Assembly: GCA_963677925.2 (NCBI GenBank)
Contig: CAXXYH010000004.1
Location: 2,144,001-2,208,000 of the forward strand
Direction: 5' to 3'
DNA length: 64,000 nucleotides
DNA from: Spirochaetia bacterium
GTDB lineage: Bacteria; Spirochaetota; Spirochaetia; UBA9216
The notes below the pieces were generated by a model that was not told the origin of the DNA, did not search any database, and worked only from the letters and a program-made list of their open reading frames with translations. Made by a program: the position numbers and the translations under genes. This document shows, piece by piece, positions 59,357-64,000 of this stretch; positions within the stretch are counted from its first letter, which is position 1, and each line of letters begins with the position of its first letter.

Positions 59357-60568
59357 TTGAGTCAGAGAGTTGATTTTCTTTGTGCATCTGTGAATGAAAA
59401 ACATCTTGTAGAATTAATATCAGATTTGATAAGAATTCCCAGTTATCAAGGCATTGAAAATCAGGAATATAGAGTTGCTGAATATATTCAGAACTACTTT
59501 ATTGACTCACAGATAGACTGTGAACTTATACCTGTTGACGGTGAACGAAGCAATGTTTATGCAAAAATACTCGGTGATAAACCTGAACCGGTTTTGTTAT
59601 TTAACGGCCATATAGATACTGTACCACCTTATGAAATGGGAAATGCCTGTCATCCTTTGATAGAGGGTAGACAAATTAAAGGGCGTGGCTCATGTGATAT
59701 GAAAGGTGCTGTTGCCTGTATGATGTATGCATTAAGAATTATTATGGAATCAGGTATCAAATTACCCGGAACTTTAATTTTTACTGCAGTAATAGATGAG
59801 GAACTTACAAGCAAAGGGACAAGGGCTTTCCTGAAATCAGGTATAAAAGCTGATGCGGCAGTGATCGGCGAACCTATGGCATACTCAATTGGCCTGGGGC
59901 ATAAGGGGCTGCAGTGGTTTCAATTTGATATCCACGGTAAATCCGTTCACGGGGGTGAACAGGAAAAAGGAATCAACGCAATCGGTAATGCCTCGATTCT
60001 GATAAATGCTATTGAGGAAAGGCTGGTTCCAAGGCTCAGAAAACGAATACATCCATTGATAGGTACATCAACTCTTAACTATGGACTGATAAGGGGCGGT
60101 TCACAGCCTAGTACTGTAGCCGGGGAATGTATGATTCAGCTTGATAGGCGATGGATTCCCGGAGAAGCATATGCGGATGTCTGCAGGGAATTTGAAGAGC
60201 TGATTTGTGATTTGGAAAAATCAAATCCTGGTTTTAAATGTGATTTCAGCGTAGTTGAAAACAGCTTAATGGAAGACGGTATTATTCATGAAGTCTGCAT
60301 TACAGATGAATCTGAGCCTATAGTTAAAGCCGCAGAGAAGGCTATGGTTGAATCTATAGGGCAGCAGCCTGAGAAAAAGGCGTTTCCTGCCTGGAGCGAC
60401 GGGGGACTTCTTAATTATTACGGAAAGATTCCTGTCATCATTATGGGACCCGGAGAGCTGTCCTGCGCACATACGGATAGAGAATATATTGATATTGATC
60501 AAGCCGTTGAGTTTGTAAAGATATACATAAAAACCGCGATGAATTTTCTACATTGGGAGGATACATAA
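59357..60568 (+). CDS. M20 ArgE/DapE-family deacylase/peptidase
   Basis: FNGHIDTVP, GRGSCDMKG, DEE, GEP, AHTDRE. Confidence 0.92.
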   Translation: MSQRVDFLCASVNEKHLVELISDLIRIPSYQGIENQEYRVAEYIQNYFIDSQIDCELIPVDGERSNVYAKILGDKPEPVLLFNGHIDTVPPYEMGNACHPLIEGRQIKGRGSCDMKGAVACMMYALRIIMESGIKLPGTLIFTAVIDEELTSKGTRAFLKSGIKADAAVIGEPMAYSIGLGHKGLQWFQFDIHGKSVHGGEQEKGINAIGNASILINAIEERLVPRLRKRIHPLIGTSTLNYGLIRGGSQPSTVAGECMIQLDRRWIPGEAYADVCREFEELICDLEKSNPGFKCDFSVVENSLMEDGIIHEVCITDESEPIVKAAEKAMVESIGQQPEKKAFPAWSDGGLLNYYGKIPVIIMGPGELSCAHTDREYIDIDQAVEFVKIYIKTAMNFLHWEDT

Positions 60569-61515
60569 TGTTAAAACCGAAACGATTATCAAAGGGAGAT
60601 TCCATTGGCATTATTTCTCCCTCAAGCCCGCCGTTCTATAGAAGTGATATAATCCGTGGAGCTGAAATGCTCGAATCATGGGGTTATAAACCGGTAATGG
60701 GTAAGAATGTTAATAAACGCTACAAATACCTTGCCGGTACTGATGAAGAAAGAGCTTCCGACATAAATGAAATGTTTTCAAGGGACGACATCGATGCAAT
60801 CTTCGTAACCCAGGGCGGCTACGGCGGTGCGAGGACACTCAAGTACCTTGATTTCGATATGATAAAAAGCAATCCGAAAATTTTTACCGGTTACAGTGAT
60901 ATCACCTCACTTCATCTTGCATTTTATAAGATGTCGGGTCTGGTTACCTTTCACGGTCCCGGTAATGACGGGCTGAATTCTGAGGAACTCTCCGATTACA
61001 CAAAGGATTATCTGTTAAAGGCTCTTACAACTGGAGACCCCATAGGAGAAATTCCGATGGCAAGCAGTAAGGGATGGGTTAACAGGATCGGCAGGGGAAA
61101 AGCCCGGGGGGAACTGATCGGAGGAAACCTTACTCTGATATGCGGAACTCTGGGGACACCATATGAGATTGATGTGAAGGATAAAATTCTTCTTATCGAG
61201 GATGTGGATACTGAACCATGGATATTTGATCACATGCTGTCTCACATGAGTAATGCGGGTAAACTTCAGGAGGTTGCAGGCCTCGTAGTAGGTGTTTGTG
61301 AAAATTGTGTGCCCAGAAAACTTGATCCGGCTTACCATACAACATTCAGCCTTGAGGATGTTCTTGAGGACTGGCTTGCACCGCTTGGGGTTCCCGTAAT
61401 ATATGGATTACCGCTGGGGCATGCAAGGGATAAGGCCACTGTACCTTTTGGAGTAACAGCTTTTGTTGACGGTGATGAAGGCCGTTTATTTATTGAAGAG
61501 TCCGGAACCCTTTGA
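60568..61515 (+). CDS. LD-carboxypeptidase, S66 family (LdcA/MccF-like)
   Basis: GGYG, GYSDIT (Ser), GGNL, IED (Glu), PLGH (His). Confidence 0.93.
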   Translation: MLKPKRLSKGDSIGIISPSSPPFYRSDIIRGAEMLESWGYKPVMGKNVNKRYKYLAGTDEERASDINEMFSRDDIDAIFVTQGGYGGARTLKYLDFDMIKSNPKIFTGYSDITSLHLAFYKMSGLVTFHGPGNDGLNSEELSDYTKDYLLKALTTGDPIGEIPMASSKGWVNRIGRGKARGELIGGNLTLICGTLGTPYEIDVKDKILLIEDVDTEPWIFDHMLSHMSNAGKLQEVAGLVVGVCENCVPRKLDPAYHTTFSLEDVLEDWLAPLGVPVIYGLPLGHARDKATVPFGVTAFVDGDEGRLFIEESGTL

Positions 61516-61549
61516 TAATTCAAGGGATAAAAATACTAAGGGGTAGAAA

Positions 61550-63187
61550 ATGCAAAAGAGATCTATGACTTTCAAAAAGATTGCTATGGTAGCAATGATG
61601 GTTCTTTTAGCAGCAGGCGCGGTTTTCGCCGGCGGCCAAAAAGAAGGTAGACAGGTTCCGTCCGTATTGAGAATCGGCTGGGGCAGTGAAGGGGACAGTC
61701 TCAGCCCGTTTATCTGTTATACTCAGGCCGGGTCAGAGATTATCCACCTGATCTATGATTCTCTGCTTAACTTTGATGAGAATCTACAGCCTGTTTCAAA
61801 CCTTGCTGAAAGCTGGGAAACCAGCGCAGATAACCTGACATGGACCTTCCATCTGAAAAAGGGAGTGAAGTGGCACGATGGGGTGGATTTTACTTCTGCG
61901 GATGTTAAGTACACCTATGAAAGACTGCTGGATACAGGTCTCGGTCTTTTTGCAGATTCGCTCGCGGGAATTTCAACAATTGAATGTCCTGATGCTGATA
62001 CTGTAGTTCTGCACACCGAGAAGCCGAAGGCTAATATGCTGATGGTTACTACTCCGATCCTTCCCGAACACATCTGGACTGATGTCTCGGATGATGATCT
62101 GGAAATCTGGGAGAACGAAAGTCCGGTAGGTACGGGTCCGTTCAAATTTGTTGAGTGGCAGCAGGGTGAATATCTTAAGCTTGCAGCAAACAAGGACTAT
62201 TTCGGAAAAGTTCCTGATATTGATGAACTGGTTTTTGTACTGTATGCGAATGCCGATACAATGGGTCAGGCAATTAAAACCGGAGAGCTCGGAGCTGCCA
62301 TATACCTGAATGCAACTCAGATAAAAACTCTTAAGGAAGATAAGAACGTAGACGTAATTTCAGGGACAATGTTTGGATTTACTGAATTGTCTTTCAACTG
62401 TACACCCTATGAAGAATCCCTTGGTAATCCGATTCTTATGGACAAGAAAGTCCGCCAGGCTATTGAGTACGCTATGGACAAGAATAATATTATTGATGTT
62501 GCCTATTCAGGCCAGGGAAATCCGGGTACTACAATAATTGTACCAGATGATTTCTGGCATTATGAACCAACTGCTGCAGAAATAAGAAATTATAACCTTG
62601 CAAAGGCAAAAGCCGTACTTGAGGAAGCAGGGTATACCGATAAGGACGGCGACGGTATCAGGGAGAATGCTGCAGGTGATAAGATGAGTTTTACTCTTAC
62701 CTGCCGTTCAGACAGTACCGATGAGATCAAAGCCGGACAGATGATAGCCGGAAATCTGAAGGATGCCGGTATTGAGATCACCATTGAAACTGTAGATGAC
62801 GGTCTTCTTCTTGATAAAATCTATTCATATGATTTCGATATGTTTATCTGGGGATGGGGTACCGATGTTGACCCGACAATAATTCTCAGAGTCATGAGTA
62901 CTGATCAGATCGGTAATAACAGCGACTGTAACTATTCAAACCCTGTTTATGACCAGATGCTTCTTGATCAGGCAACAATCATAGATAAAGCTGAAAGACA
63001 GAAAATGGTATGGGAAATGCAGAAGATTATTTATGAGGATGCACCTTATATCGTGCTTACCTATGATATAAGCATTCAGGCTGTACGAACTGATATGTTC
63101 ACAGGCTGGAAGCAGATTCCCGAGAACGGTCCTTATATTTACAATCTAACATGGTATAACTACCTGAATGTTAAGCCTGTAAGATAA
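61550..63187 (+). CDS. Peptide ABC transporter substrate-binding protein (family 5)
   Basis: FAGGQKE signal; LAESW, GVKWHDG, FTSADV, GTGPF, VRQAI. Confidence 0.95.
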   Translation: MQKRSMTFKKIAMVAMMVLLAAGAVFAGGQKEGRQVPSVLRIGWGSEGDSLSPFICYTQAGSEIIHLIYDSLLNFDENLQPVSNLAESWETSADNLTWTFHLKKGVKWHDGVDFTSADVKYTYERLLDTGLGLFADSLAGISTIECPDADTVVLHTEKPKANMLMVTTPILPEHIWTDVSDDDLEIWENESPVGTGPFKFVEWQQGEYLKLAANKDYFGKVPDIDELVFVLYANADTMGQAIKTGELGAAIYLNATQIKTLKEDKNVDVISGTMFGFTELSFNCTPYEESLGNPILMDKKVRQAIEYAMDKNNIIDVAYSGQGNPGTTIIVPDDFWHYEPTAAEIRNYNLAKAKAVLEEAGYTDKDGDGIRENAAGDKMSFTLTCRSDSTDEIKAGQMIAGNLKDAGIEITIETVDDGLLLDKIYSYDFDMFIWGWGTDVDPTIILRVMSTDQIGNNSDCNYSNPVYDQMLLDQATIIDKAERQKMVWEMQKIIYEDAPYIVLTYDISIQAVRTDMFTGWKQIPENGPYIYNLTWYNYLNVKPVR

Positions 63188-63265
63188 TCGCAGGCGAAGT
63201 ATTTAATATGGTTGGAGTAATGCCTTTAAGGCTTACTCCGGCCATTATTTTTTATGGAGACAGGA

Positions 63266-64000
63266 ATGAACAAAGGCTACATCCTAAGGAAGATTTTTCA
63301 ATCTCTGATAACCGTACTGGCTGTTCTGATAATAAATTATTTTCTATTCAGGGTAATCCCAGGTGATCCTATGCAGATGGTAATGAGGAACCCCAAGGCT
63401 TCGCCTGAATCGATTGCTCACATCAGAAGCCTGTTCGGGCTTGATAAACCATGGTATACCCAGTTCGGAATTTATATCAGCCAGCTGTTTAAAGGGGATA
63501 TGGGTCTTTCCTTTACATTTAAAAAACCCGTTGTGGAAGTGATAGGGGCAAGGGTATTCCCGACTGTTCTTCTTGTTGGTGTTGCAGAAATTATTGCAAT
63601 TATTGTGGGAACACTGATTGGAATTATATCGGCATGGAAGAGGGGAAAGAAAATAGATGTTATCGCTCTGAGTTTTTCACTTATTACCTATTCAATGCCG
63701 ACATTCTGGCTTGGAATCGTCCTGGTTGTAATTTTCAGTGTTCAGCTGGGTATTTTCCCGACAACCGGAATGGTAACTCCCGGAATGAGTTTCTACAGTT
63801 TTTTTGACAGGTTTTTAAATATCGGCTGGCATTCCGTCCTTCCGGTTCTTACCTTCTCACTGGTGATGATAGGTGAGTATACAATGATAATGCGGAATAC
63901 TCTGATGGAAGTTCTTACTGAAGATTATATAACCACGGCGAGGGCGAAGGGATTTAAGGAAAAGTATGTAATTATGAAGCATGCTGTCCCTAATGCCCTG
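63266..64000 (+). CDS. Peptide ABC transporter permease DppB/OppB (3'-truncated)
   Basis: MNKGYILRK...IPGDP...GLDKP...SMPTFWLG...EDYITTARAKG; runs off the window. Confidence 0.92.
   Translation, partial: MNKGYILRKIFQSLITVLAVLIINYFLFRVIPGDPMQMVMRNPKASPESIAHIRSLFGLDKPWYTQFGIYISQLFKGDMGLSFTFKKPVVEVIGARVFPTVLLVGVAEIIAIIVGTLIGIISAWKRGKKIDVIALSFSLITYSMPTFWLGIVLVVIFSVQLGIFPTTGMVTPGMSFYSFFDRFLNIGWHSVLPVLTFSLVMIGEYTMIMRNTLMEVLTEDYITTARAKGFKEKYVIMKHAVPNAL

Overview
Chromosomal window from a spirochaete, probably a free-living Spirochaetaceae member (16S GCAGCTAAGAATCTTCCGC signature, 'FAGGQQ' secretion signals, DUF3996-like OMP). It contains: (1) mtaB 3' part, two envelope genes, tRNA-Lys and tRNA-Glu; (2) a ~13.1-kb phage-satellite-like island integrated in the tRNA-Glu 3' half, bounded by a 42-bp direct repeat (2937-2978 / 15999-16040). 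The island carries integrase, excisionase, a tandem TerS-like HTH protein, an AAA_25 helicase with a candidate iteron origin, a complete type IV CBASS operon (QueC, TGT-like, CD-NTase with MGGSGS N-terminus, 2TM effector, glycosylase) and a NACHT gene broken by one in-frame TAA; (3) housekeeping genes (EAL/GGDEF sensor, upp, adk); (4) two co-oriented rrn operons (16S-tRNAAla-23S-5S) flanking a ~21.5-kb sugar uptake/catabolism cluster; (5) an IclR / M20 deacylase / LD-carboxypeptidase / peptide ABC locus. The most unexplained signal is downstream of both 5S genes: arrays of ~190-200-bp non-coding units of two types, each ending in a copy of the 5S 3' end plus a T-tract and built from co-varying hairpins. 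All calls were made by eye from motifs; no searches were run.
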